Counted from the first letter of the stretch, positions 49,188-61,761 are shown. The stretch: 64,000 nucleotides of DNA from Neoechinorhynchus agilis (GCA_051530055.1 CM121342.1:9811480-9875479); one strand, 5' to 3'. The notes: generated from the sequence alone by a model not told the origin. Numbers and translations are program-made.

Positions 49188-51586
49188 AAATTTTTTATTA
49201 AGGTTTATATAAATCAATCTCTGGCTCTTTCGCCCTATAGGATATAAATGCTTCTAAACTTTACTGGAATTATTTAGTTTCAAAGAGTTTAAGACTTTGT
49301 GTTGAACAAAAAACACTTTGGCTGCAGGATTATTTGTCTGCAAATTATGCATAGAAAACAACACTAATATATAATTGAAAAATAACGAAAGTAGAATTTC
49401 TTTTTGAGTTTTCTTACTTTAAAGAAATATCGAAATTTATATAGAAAAGGCATTACTACGGAATTCTATGATTTTAACTAACTTTTAATTTTTAAATATT
49501 GATTTATAATTTTATCTCAACACGTTAACATTAGTGATCAGTTCAATTTTTTTGCTTAAATTATTGAATGCAAAAAATTTTGATAGTTGAAAATTATTAA
49601 TGCTATACAATTCTAAAAATAATAAGTAAAACAAAAGTACCAAGAAATATTCATTTTCAAGAAAAGAATGCGGAGATCAATCTTGATCAGCAGCTAATTC
49701 AAACATAATCATCGATTTCAATTTTCCATAAATTTTCGACAATGACAATCAGTTCATTTTAATAAACACAGCTGCGAGAAATTTTCGAGTAAAAATTAGG
49801 AATAAAGAAAAACGTTTAATACTTAGGCGAATCGATATACCATCAAATATATCTGCACATTTTATTAAAAAAGAAACAAATTAAATAAAGATGAGCTTAA
49901 ATAAAATTTATGTGCAGCACCTAAACCGTCTAAATAATTCATGTTCGTAAACCATACACTATTAACGGATAATGACTGCACCTAGAAATTTTTTACGTCG
50001 AAAACATTTGAAGATTGTGAGTCTAAAAAATAAAAATTCATTTAACATAAAAATTGCTCATAAATCTAACCAACTTAGATGCAATTACTTATTTCAGCTA
50101 ATTTCGAAAGACTATATTTTCAACCAATAAAATTTCTAGAAACGCAATAAGTGCGGCTTTTAGCATTACTTAATATTTACCACTTCTAACCTAATTTTTT
50201 ATAAAACTAAGAGCAAATAATTAAATTATTTCAGTCATTCTTCGTTTTCATGCAATCTTGTTCCAAAACATTTTAATTAATATCATTAAATTAACGCAAA
50301 TATCGTTTTTAATTCACCTTAACGCTATATGCTTGCACTTGAAGTTTAAAAATTGCGAACGAGTGACAATGAAATTTAAAAAGTTTACATTAATAATTAT
50401 CCTTTAAGTTTAAAAATTGTAATGCGAAAATTTAAAAACCATTATCTTGCAAAAGAAGTAGAAATAATTACTTTTCATTAAGTCTAGTGAGAAGTTGTTT
50501 GATCTTTATTGATTTTCCACATTTACTGTTGAGTATTTTTGTGTAATGTTTAGCAAAGCGAAAAAGATGAAATAATAACTGGAAATCCGGTGACTGTGGA
50601 CTATTTAGGTGGTACAATAAGCTGAAAATAAATGCAAGACTTGATTTAAAAATTCGCATTTTTTTATCATTTACAACGTGCAATTAATTTCGAAGATTTG
50701 ATTCAATTCCGTTCGGAACTATTTGTTTTAAGCAATCTCGATGCAGTTTCGAGATAAAATGATTAATTAGTTTTCGGCTATTGATCCGCAGACGCTACTC
50801 GTGCACCAAGGCCAGCGTGACAGAATGTGTAATGTCAACAGGCTTCAAGGTATTTGATTGATCGAATTCTAACAAACAATCAATACGTTTAAAGCGCGTT
50901 ATGTAATTGGCCTTTATTTTTCTCGACAAAATTTTATAATATTTACTTGACGCCCGCAATTGAAGAAATCAAGGTCGTTTAAAATCAGCACGTTTAAATG
51001 CGCCGAAACGCTCGATTTACACAAGGGAAAGCGAGCTAACTTCGTTTAATGGATCGAATCCATTACAGAGATCAGATAAAATAAGACGACAAAGCCTCAA
51101 ATGGATGTCGACACGAGTCCTGAGTTCGTTCTATTATTTACAGAAGCACGACGAACTTACATTAACCTTTTCCATCATCAATTCTAGACTACACGCGAGT
51201 GCACTATGGGAAAGAGAATGCTTAATTATCCTCCAGAGTATACGCCTGCATTCTAGAATGCTGATATCTGATTGGCTGCACGATGTTGCATAAAAAATGA
51301 TCAATGATGGTTGCAGAAAGGAGAACGAACATTTGTCCTGAATATTTGCCACTGAGATAGGATTGCCATTTCTCTCCGGGGTGGAGTTTTCAAGAAAAAG
51401 TACTAACGAGGAGAGAGAACAGATGGACGGTGTTGTGTATGTCCCAGGCCATTAATGACTTTGTCGTCTGTAGAGCGCTCTCTCATTCGTTACTGATAGA
51501 TATAGGCTAGAAAGCAAGAATCTGACCCAGATCTGTAGACAGATCTACACGACTCCAACTACCTAGTTTGGTTGAGGCACTTGCTA

Positions 51587-52954
51587 ATGATGCACTGTTC
51601 TACTTTAGAGTGGGAAAATTCGCAACAAAGCACTAGAATGAGCGGCACCGAGTACCAACAAACTGCGATTAACTCGTCTTCCTTGCATCCGATACCATCT
51701 TCTAATCTGACTGTGGCAACAAACAACCGCAGTCCCAGAACAAGCATCCCTGAAGAAAGTAATAATCGTTTTTTACCAACAATTGACCCCAAAGTCTGCC
51801 CTCCATTAAACCAAAATAATGATCCCATGTCGCTACAACATCCACATTATTCGACTATACAAAACGGTAGCAACCATTTACAACAGAGCCAATCAACCAA
51901 TACCTTCTCCGGATTTAACAATAATGCACAAGATATTCAAGGAAACTACGCCATCGATCCTTCTCAATATTATTACTTCGATCGGTCTGGTCAATACGAC
52001 CAAACTTACTCTACCTATCAAAGCGGAAGAGAATATTTTGATAGCGCAAACATTTACAATTATTCTTCAGCGAATGGACCCTATGCAAATCCTCAAATTC
52101 AAGGTGCATACACAAATTATCAAGAAAGTGATCAACAAAATTTCAATTTCGCAGCACCGTATCAGCAAACACAATATCAAGCGCCTTTTGATTATTTTCA
52201 ACAGAATTTTCCTCAATACGACCAACCAATGCAACAAACTCATTACAATCCTTCAATAATAGATGAAATTCCACAAATGCAGAACAATCTGACGATTGCT
52301 TCACAAGTAGATCAGAATAAAATGGAACCTGAAATTCATTCCAATTCGATGTTAAATGCTGAAGTTAGTGACCAATTATCTACTCAAAACGTTATATATC
52401 CGTGGATGAAAAAAATTCATTCCACGTCAGCACGTAAGTTTTAAATGAAAAATACTTTGCCGACTTTATTATTTAATTTTTTAGCAACAGATCCCCAAAC
52501 CGATATTTATCAAAACACAACAAAATTAAGTTCTACAGTAGGTCACGGCAAAAGCAAAAATTCATCCAGCAGTCAAGGAAATGTTGTAATGGTTGAAAGC
52601 AAAAGAGCCCGTACAGCTTACACTCGACACCAAGTCCTCGAGTTAGAAAAAGAGTTTCACTATAATAAATACCTTACAAGAAGGCGGAGAATCGAAATTG
52701 CACATTCCTTAACACTGAGTGAACGACAGATTAAAATTTGGTTTCAGAACAGAAGGATGAAGTGGAAAAAAGATCATAAATTACCTAACACAAAATGCAA
52801 ATTAAGTAGCAACCAATCATATACAAAGCCAGATTCAGAAATTGTTAATTCTGGAGATGAACAAAGAGGCAAAAGGAGCATTACAAGTCCAATGGAAATC
52901 GGTGCACAATCTAAACAACCGAAATGTACAAATTCAGATATATTTTGTGACTAA
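51587..52954 (+). CDS. Hox4: Hox paralog group 4 (Deformed-like) homeodomain protein; 2 exons
   Basis: Hexapeptide [11 protein letters not shown] 51-nt phase-1 intron at 52434-52484. Homeodomain [60 protein letters not shown] followed by the PG4 signature KLPNTK. Confidence 0.92.
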
Positions 52955-53526
52955 ATATTTCAATGTTTTGTTAATAAAAATTATTTTAAATGAACATTTC
53001 GCAACTCACGTTTGCACCTACTCGTATTCGCTAATATTTGCTCTTAGTCGGCTGATGAAAAATAAATAAAAGGGAGTTACTTTTCGCCAGAACATTGACA
53101 CTCTCGAATCATCAAAAAAGCCGCTGCCACTTGAGATGAAACTTGAATACCCTTTTGAAAGTTTCAGTAAAAACCCCTTTAAATAATATTGTTAAAAAGG
53201 ACATTCGAATGCCATAAGGTAACCGGCAGTTCGCTAAAAGCAATTAATCATCCACTTTGAAGGTCTGAAGTCTTTGATTGGACGGTGCTTGATAACCATG
53301 ATTGAAAGTAGACTATGTAGCTTACTCACGTTATTGAGTCGACTGTCAACAGTCGCCGAATTGCCAAAAATAATTAGCTATAATTTCTACGCTCAGCGAT
53401 TATAAAACGAGTGTTTCATGTATTTGATTATAATCATCGAAAATTAACCCAGCATTCACACCGATTATAGATATTATGATACCAAAAAAAGCAAATTTAT
53501 CTCTCTCTTCTTGTTAAGCAAATACT

Positions 53527-54529
53527 TTATCCAAAATTTTTGGCACAGAAATGAAGGACTTTGTGAGCTAAATATCGTCCAGGACACTTTCTAAGCCCAT
53601 ATCCGTAAGGTGATAGATCGTTGAGTTCGATTTTGCGGCCAATTTCTTTGTTTTTTAATTGGTTAATTTGTTTAGACGCGATATTTACTAGATTTGCGGC
53701 GATCATGGTTTTTTTACAAAAATAAAACGGCGGAATATCATCTCCTTCAACAACCATCCTGGGCATTCTAACGTCGGAATCTACCAAATGCATTTGAATC
53801 AATAGAGGACAAGCTCTTAATAGTGCCATATCAATGCTTTCCTTCTCGTCAATTCTATCCATATACTTCATGAACACTTTTGCGAGACAAAATGCACCGT
53901 GCCCAATCACAACCCAATTGTCGGTAGTACCATGCCAAACTTGAAAAAGTTTATCGTCGTTTTTATATTCAGGAACGTAGTTTACGTTTTCAGTTTTGTC
54001 CATATCTCCCCATTTGAGCAATAATTTTATATTAAATCGAATTTTTATAATCGCTCGTCCTCAAAAAATTCAGATTTTAAATTAGAAAATATTTATATAG
54101 TAAATTGAATTGCTGATTTTTGTCCAAAATATGATAATTTGAAAGACTTACATCTAGAAAATTAGGCATTACCGGTTTGAATTTGAATAGATCGAATTCA
54201 AGATGCGACGGACCGCGTTCCTTTGGTATTCTATTAAATTCTGGCATTTGAAAGTATTCATCAGCAAGTTTAGCGTTGTTTATAAGAACAATTCGACCAC
54301 GTAAGCTTAGGACGGTGTTGATGTGTTCAAAATCTTGGTGTGATTTAAGTACTAGTCGAGTGTCACTATGAAGACCACGAGCTGTAGACCAATCGTTAAG
54401 GTAATCTCTCGGTCCAGGTGGGATCCTATATCGTGTTTTATCGAATACGATTTTACATATTACAAGTAGAGCTATAAGTACAATATGGGGTAAAATAAAC
54501 TTGAAGAATATCTCGAATATCGAAGACAT
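53527..54529 (-). CDS. Very short, divergent cytochrome P450-like gene (possibly a pseudogene)
   Basis: The N-terminal TM anchor and PPGP motif are in ORF 54077-54529. The heme motif PYGYGLRKCPGRYLA is in ORF 53527-54021. Total length is only ~300 aa. The obvious donor at 54151 is phase 0, while nearby acceptors require phase 1. Confidence 0.65.
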
Positions 54530-55432
54530 TAATCTAAGCTTTTATCTGAAAATGAATGTTTGTCAAATTTAAGCGTATAACAGCCGAATCAAAGAGATGC
54601 AATCTTATGATGCTTGAGATGGTGGATGAATATCAGTATAATTGATTTACAGGAAGAAAATCTTTGGAAATACTAACCTCACTCAAACAACACACTTAAG
54701 AATGTCATCAGACGCAGCATAGTGACTCTTTTGAAAGGGAAAAACGCAAGTGAGGAGGAGAGCGATGGTGCCAATTGTGTTTGTGTGCTGGTGAGTGCAG
54801 AAAAGTACGTTCTCGTATCTGCTCATTTCCTTTATATGAGTGTGCTCAAAATGAGTAAAAATTATTGTTTTATTCTGTATAAAACCATTCGAAAACTCAT
54901 TAAAATCGAATGACATAGTTGGATATGAGTAAAGCACTGGCTTTAAAAATGCTGGGAAAATTTATTTTTGAGAGTTTTCTTTGTCTCTTGCTCTCGAAAC
55001 CGTCTATTAAAAGAATCTTTTCTCCTAGTGCTTTTACAACGAGGGAAGTTTATTGCCTTCAGAGTGACGATTCTTTATAAAAGGTTCGTGCTTCTCTTAA
55101 AGAAAATGTGCAGGAGTTGTTCGTGAATAATGTAGCTTTTCGGAGTCCTGATGAAACGCAGAAAACCATACTTCGTTTTTAAATATAAAATACCTAACAA
55201 ACTTGTATGTTAGAAGACGCTGTGACTAGACTGTGAGTTAGTTTAATAACCCTGTGGGCCGAAAAATCCATTTAGCAAAATTATTACGAAACGTCTACGC
55301 CGCCTTTCACCTGTATATGGATTTTTAACACCGACAGCCCTTTCTTGAGACAGTCACGTAAAGCCTACAAAAGACGCCTTCGTTTGACTTATCTTCAAGA
55401 AGACGAAAACTCAAATCTGGTGTATTTAGTCG

Positions 55433-58400
55433 ATGTCCGAGACTGAGAAAATGAGTAAAGAAGGGAAGGGTATGAGAAATAAGTTGATTTATCAACATCA
55501 AGAAGATGATTTCGACGATTCCGACTATAAGAGTCTGATCAGTCCAGGAACAACGGCCGGTGGAGTGACATGGAGGTCCGCGTCTTCTGCAGAGGATAAT
55601 TCTAGCCAAGTCAAATTGACCACAAGATTTTCAGCGTCGCATGCGAGTTCGAGGTCAACTTTGCTTGACCCGCATCAGTATATACGGTCCGCTGGAGTAA
55701 GTACTTTAAAGGACAAGGCACAAGAGCAGTTGGATATTTGTATTCTAAACAAGAAACGAGCTGAAGCTAAACGAAATGAATTGACTGAAGTTATGGCCGA
55801 GCGATCAAAACCGTCAGAGTTTGAATGGAACGATGTAAGTACATGATGTCGATATGCGAGGAACCGGGGGGAATGTGATTGGAATTATTGTGTTTAGAAG
55901 TCTTCACCCGCACTAAATGATTATTTATCAAAGACGTTTTGCGAACCTCACCGTTGGTTCATCATCAGTTTGTTCGCTAAGCGTCTATTACTAACAAACT
56001 GATGATGAACCTCCGGTGAGGTTCGCAAAACGTCTTTAATAAATAATCATTTGTTGCGGGTGAAGACTTCTAAACAATAATTCCTAAGTACATGATAACT
56101 TTTTATCTACTCGAACTTCACGTCGCAATCCTCCATCAAAATGTGAATTGCGTGTGAGTTTTTTGAGTCATTTGCATACACACACATAGATATATGGGGT
56201 GTGTGTGTGGTCTACACCTCATTTACTTTGCCGCTCATGTCTTTAAAAAGAAGATATTCGGAAATAGTAGACTGAAATTCTATTATACCGCTTAAATAGT
56301 AAATAGTTTTGCCCCAATCAATATACAAAAGTAATATGGTGAATTAAATCAAATTAATTTAGGTCATTAATTTAATCAATTGTTTTAAAGTTATCCGCTC
56401 TATTCAATTAAACTTCTGCACAGACAATAGTGAATTTGAATGTACTTATAAGCACACTTTAAGCTCAAAAAGTATTCGAGGTTCCCTCTCTTAAGAGAGT
56501 GAAAAACACAAAGAATCGCTACCCTAAAATTGATTGAAATTCTATTATGCCACTTAAATAGTTAACAGTTTTGCCCCAATGAACATACAAAAGTAACATG
56601 GTGAATTGAATCAAATTAATTTAGGTCATTAATTTAATCAGTTGTTTTAATGTTATCCGCTCTAGTGAATTTAAAAGTATTTATAAGCACACTTTGAAAA
56701 CACAAAGAATGGATGTTTTAAATTTATTCGATTTTTTGATAACAAGAAAAAACAATTTTGCTAACATAATGAGTCAACTAAATTTGGAGAATTTCTATGA
56801 AATTTACTTTAAGTACCGTGAAAAACAAACAAACATTTCATAACTTAAATAATAATAACTGTTTCGAAGCCCGTGCCGTGAATGTTTATAAACTCTTTTA
56901 TTCAAGAGTAAAAATTCCTACTACAGAGTATTAAAGCATTTTATAACGACATAGAATTATTAGCGCAACACAATTTAAAACCAGGTTTGTGCAGATTTAA
57001 AAACCACTTTCGATTCACTTTTAGTAAACTAGACGCATGTGAAATGTCTAAAAGTTTTTTATTCAAAATATTTTTCCTAGCAATTCTACAATTTTCAACA
57101 AAGAAATAATTTATCGCTCTCTACAATTGGATGCCATTCATAGAGAACAAAATTTTAATGTTTCCCCCCAGATTATCGACTATTTGAAATAAATATGAGA
57201 AAACTATATCAACGGCTCTGAAAATTTCACATCGATTCTAGATGGACGACGACGAAATGTTTCCCATGATGGTAACCCATTAAGCACAAATTGAAAAAAA
57301 CATTTTTCATTTAGGACCTGGAACGATGGAAAAATAAGCGAAAGCAAAAACACTCAAAAACACGTTCTTCAGCATTTTCTAATGATCCAAGCTCAGCATC
57401 GCCGCTGAAACCTGTTTCTCAAATGCTGACAACATCATTTAAAACGGAGGAAAACGTCGAAAAAGTTGATCATGGTCCCAAAGAAAATTCAACAAAAACA
57501 ATATTCGAAGCAAAAGAAGTTCTCCTTAATAAAGAAGATGTTAATCAAACAAAAGTACCCGTGTTGGAAACAGCTATTAAAGTCGAGCCTACCGCTGCGA
57601 CGGCAGAGAAAATTCAAGAGAAATTTGATATCAAGAAAAATAGAGTGACTAAAAAGGTAATTGGGAAGTGACAAAATATTTCTTTACATGACAAAGCATT
57701 CAATTTGATGTTTTTATCGTTGCACTTGAACATGAAATTAATATAGAGCGCGCAATGCCACGTTGGAACGTATGTGGTAAATCAGAAATTTATTTTTGAA
57801 TTGTTTCATTAAAAGATTGGGAGGAGTTTGGTGAATCCTTTTTTCATAGCATGGACGTAGATGGTCTCTCCTTGTTAAATAAAAATTCAAAAAGCTAAAG
57901 GTTCTCCTGGCAAAGAAAAGGGAACAAAATTGCTATTTGATTATCTTATGAAATTTTTCATGCTAATTGTTACCTTTTAATATTGATATTTTGATCCCAT
58001 TGGCTGGACAAAAAAGTCTAAAAGATTAGAAAAGAAAATTGTTTATTTCCAATAGGTTTCGTAAGAAAATAAATAAAAAAATCGGTATAGAAGTAGCCAC
58101 TTGCGAAAATTGAATTTTTTAATGTACTTTGTTTAAAAAAATGGAATTTCGTAATAAAATCATGCCGTCTACTAGCAGGAACAGCTTAAAGATTCGTATA
58201 TTTTGTCGTGCGATGACCAAGTTCATCCTTTATAAAATTCCCGAAAAAATAGCTCTTTTGCCTATTCTGCTATTTAGTTCAGTTTTTAACATCTATGATA
58301 AATTCAATAGATATCACTTCCTAAGCTATAATTCAGACCAAAATCACGCTGACAATTGAGAAGAATAAAGACACTGATTCGTTTGGAATTGAAATCGGAG

Positions 58401-60339
58401 TCAATGAGAACGAGATTGGATCCCAAAACTTTTTTATTTTACACCTCGACGAAGGTAACTAATTTAATGTAATATTTATTTAAAAAAGAAATCATTTCTA
58501 ATAGGTGGAGCGGCAGCGAAAGCTGGTGCCCGAGTTGGCGATGACATTAAAGAAATTAACGGAATCTACGTGAAGACAATGTCTAAAGAGGAAGTAATGA
58601 AACTCATGGACAAATGCCGCGCTGCTAAGCAGATATCAATGGTTCTTTTAAGGAATAAGGAAATGACTGAAGAGAAGGTAATCGAGTGATTTTTAAGGAA
58701 TTAATGGTAATCCTTTTAAAGGTGATCGACGAATATGTTAAAGACAACGAGAAGTGGGTTTCCTAGTTTTTAGACGTGATTTAATGCAGTTTTTTTAGGA
58801 TAGATGAACAGCAGACAATCGATACCTCGTCTTATAGTGGTAAGCATCGAATACCATCTCGACTTTGTTTTTATCTCAGAAAAAGTTTCACAGATACGAA
58901 AACATCTCGAAAGTGAATCTTCAATGCCAATATCTTCCATTGGTCCCAAATCCAAAATCGAAGATATTAAACAAAATTTTGAGACGAATTGTGTAGACAG
59001 CCTTCCGCTGCGACACACTTCATCATCAGTCGTTTCCAATGATACTGAGAAAAATGACGAAGATAAGCATCCTTTACAGTGTGAAGGCACACGAGAAGCC
59101 ACAAAACCATCTCAGCCATTAAAGTTGCAATCGAACTTGGATGAGATACCAGATTCAAAAATTCACAGAACGGCAGAGATGTCGAAACCTAGGTCTCGAA
59201 ATGTTTCCATACAAAGACAAGAGGAATATTCGTCGCCATTAAGACAGTTGGGCGAATCTTTCGATCAATCAGAATTAAGAGAAATGCCCAGAAAAACCAT
59301 TAGGAATGTAAGGAATACTCAAAGCATGGATATGAAAGCCTCTTCGAGTGATAATATTAGGTATCAGTTCTTTTAAAGATTGTACTTTTAAATTTGTAAA
59401 ATTTTAGTAATCGTCGTCCAAAAGACTTTTCGCCCACTTCCTCAGCTTTTGTTTCACCCGGTATTTAAAACTTTGCGAAAACAACTCTCGCTGATTCACA
59501 TTCTCAAAAATAGTAATGCATCCCAAAATTGAAGAGTATGCTGAATTAAAGAAATCCAGAGTTACTTTTTTGAAAAACACCTTTGAGAATGTAAATCCGG
59601 CGCTTCAACCAGCATTAAATATCTCATTTGATGCCAATAAAATGCATCGACAAAAAGAATATGCGCTTGAGAAAGGCTTAGACGACATGGGGAAGGAAAT
59701 GAGAAGCAGTGCATTCCACCAACCTTCTGAGACTCCATATTGGATGCCAACATCGTCAGTTGCATCAGTTCCGTCGCTTTATATAAGAGATGATGATACT
59801 ACTAGAAAGCAGAACTTTAGAGCTGAAAGCTCTGACTATTACAGTATTGTGAAGCCTTCGTTTTCATATCGGGAAAGGCAAGCAAGTGGTGATCGACATC
59901 GGATACTAATGCGACCATCAAGTATTTCAAATGATACAAGCTATCGGATGGAATCATCAAATAGATTATTCGGGGAATTTTCAGCTAGCGACAGATCCAT
60001 TTCGAACAAACGAGTAGTTGATAAACGCGAGCTTTGTGCAAATTGCGGTCGACAACTAGGTTTGTAGCCTATTGGTCGCTTTAATGTTCGTAATTTCGCT
60101 AAACAAAAATTTAGGATTCGGTTCTGCAATGGTCATTCCTGATCTTCATTTATGCTTTCATATCACCTGTTTCCGATGTTGCCAGTGCAATGCCGAAATT
60201 AAGATTTATCACGATGAAATGGACGTCCTTGTTAAGGACCGTCGATTATCATGTAAAAATTGCTTCAACCAATGGAAACATTGTACGTGTTTTAATCGCC
60301 CGGTGAATTAATTAAGCCCAAGTCACTAATGTTTTCTAG
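55433..60339 (+). CDS. LMO7: LMO7/LIMCH1-like protein with PDZ and C-terminal LIM domain, multi-exon
   Basis: The spliced motif EWND|DLERWKNKRK corresponds to LMO7 WQDDLAKWK. The PDZ domain reads SFGIEI..G|GAAAKAGARVGDDIKEING. The LIM domain reads CANCGRQL|GFGSAMVIPDLHLCFHITCFRCCQC..V..RRLSCKNC. No CH domain was seen. Confidence 0.8.
55880..56075. repeat. Near-perfect palindrome with hammerhead-like cores (subfamily B) in LMO7 intron 1
   Basis: Arms of ~85 bp. The + arm reads AACAAA-CTGATGA-T-GAACCTC(cggt)GAGGTTC-GCAAAAC..AATCA-TTTGTT (55993-56055). Confidence 0.75.
56274..56710. repeat. Local tandem duplication (~260 bp spacing) in LMO7 intron
   Basis: GAAATTCTATTAT..TTTTGCCCCAAT..CAAATTAATTTAGGTCATTAATTTAATCA..GTTATCCGCTCTA occurs at ~56275 and ~56536. 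Confidence 0.85.
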
Positions 60340-61104
60340 AATTAATCAACATTTGGCTAACTAATAGAAAGGTTATTAGATGAACATGGTGTAAATGCGA
60401 GATATGGCAATTATCAGCACTTCAACACAAACTGGTTAATCTTCTATCAAAATAAATTAAAAACTCCGCAATTGATGGCTTGTTTGTTTTTTACTTGAGA
60501 AATAGGGAGTATTACATTTGGCACATCGCGTCCAATTCTCTTTTTCTTCTCAGTAACACGAACAATGTAAACGACTAAGTAACTTTAATTTTAATCAACC
60601 TCAAAAGGAGATGATGTTTGTATTCAAGAAATTGACGAAAAAAAACAAATCATTTTGTATTGCAATGGATGTTAGAGTCATTTATCATCAGTTTGGACCC
60701 CTATGCCGACTTTAAAATATTTGAAAGGAAGCTCAAACTATTGAAATGCCAACTTACTCTTAAAAATCTACAACATTGAAAGACCATAAAGATGGACAAA
60801 CCTTTAGCACGATCGAAAGCGAATATCTTTCTCAAAACTACAAGTACAAGCAGTAGATTAACAATTCCAATGGACCCTCAAAAAATCGCAAGATACAATT
60901 TACATTCGGTTACAGAAACGGTAGTTTCTAATTTAATCATGTCGATGATTTATTACAAAAGTGAAAATCTCAACGGAAAGTAGCACACTATCTTTTTTTG
61001 CTGATCACAATGGTTTTATTTAAACGTATGCCGCTTTTGCCAAAACCTCATAAAAATATCGACAAGCTTGAGCCATTGATTTCTGATCTTTTGCATCAAG
61101 ATGA

Positions 61105-61761
61105 TTAGCGATCATAATAATAATTTGTGGATTCACGGACTTGAGATTTATTTAGGAAATTTTTCCTTCTATAGTCAGAATAAAAATTACCTTCCTTTAA
61201 TCGGTGATTTGTTCCATTGATTTCACAGATAGATTGAGTGATGGGTGAAAGAACATTGTTCACAATTTTCTCACATATAATCCTTAATCCGCCAAGCGCA
61301 AGATTCTCAAAAAGCACATTCGGACATCCATCTATCTTATTATCACCCATTAGTTCGATCAAACATTCCTTCACATTTGGAAAGCACGTCTTAGGCAATT
61401 TCCAAAATACCGCCGATACCTTTATTGTCGTTCGACTCAGTGTATTCAGTAGAATAGCAACTCGAATATTTTTTTTATCGTCTGGGTATTTGTACCTTAA
61501 TGCGATTAGGCGAAATTCATGCTCCGCTGCTAAATTGTTCCAGTGTTGCGGCAGACTATATGGGTCATTTTCGGATTGTTGACCGATTGCCCTAAATCCA
61601 AGCCGAACTGCCAAAATATGTACCAAGAAAGAGAGTGCTTCAAAATTTGATTTGAGTGGGTTGATTGGATTAAAGACATACTCTCTGAATCTAATCAATA
61701 TTTCCATTGTATAAGGATCAATAAGTCCTTCACAACTCATTTTACAAATGTTGATATCCAT
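61105..61761 (-). CDS. FP (Fbxo7/PI31) domain protein
   Basis: EALSFLVHILAVRLGFRAIG..SLPQHWNN..IALRYKY matches the PI31 N-terminal pattern (DALV..LH......GF..G..LP..WN.....LRY). An acceptor-like TTTCAG precedes the ATG. Confidence 0.65.
   Translation of the reverse strand: MDINICKMSCEGLIDPYTMEILIRFREYVFNPINPLKSNFEALSFLVHILAVRLGFRAIGQQSENDPYSLPQHWNNLAAEHEFRLIALRYKYPDDKKNIRVAILLNTLSRTTIKVSAVFWKLPKTCFPNVKECLIELMGDNKIDGCPNVLFENLALGGLRIICEKIVNNVLSPITQSICEINGTNHRLKEGNFYSDYRRKNFLNKSQVRESTNYYYDR

Noticed and set aside
55248-55270. ACCCTGT as a miR-10 seed near Hox4
   Set aside because: The rest of the mature sequence does not match and there is no hairpin.
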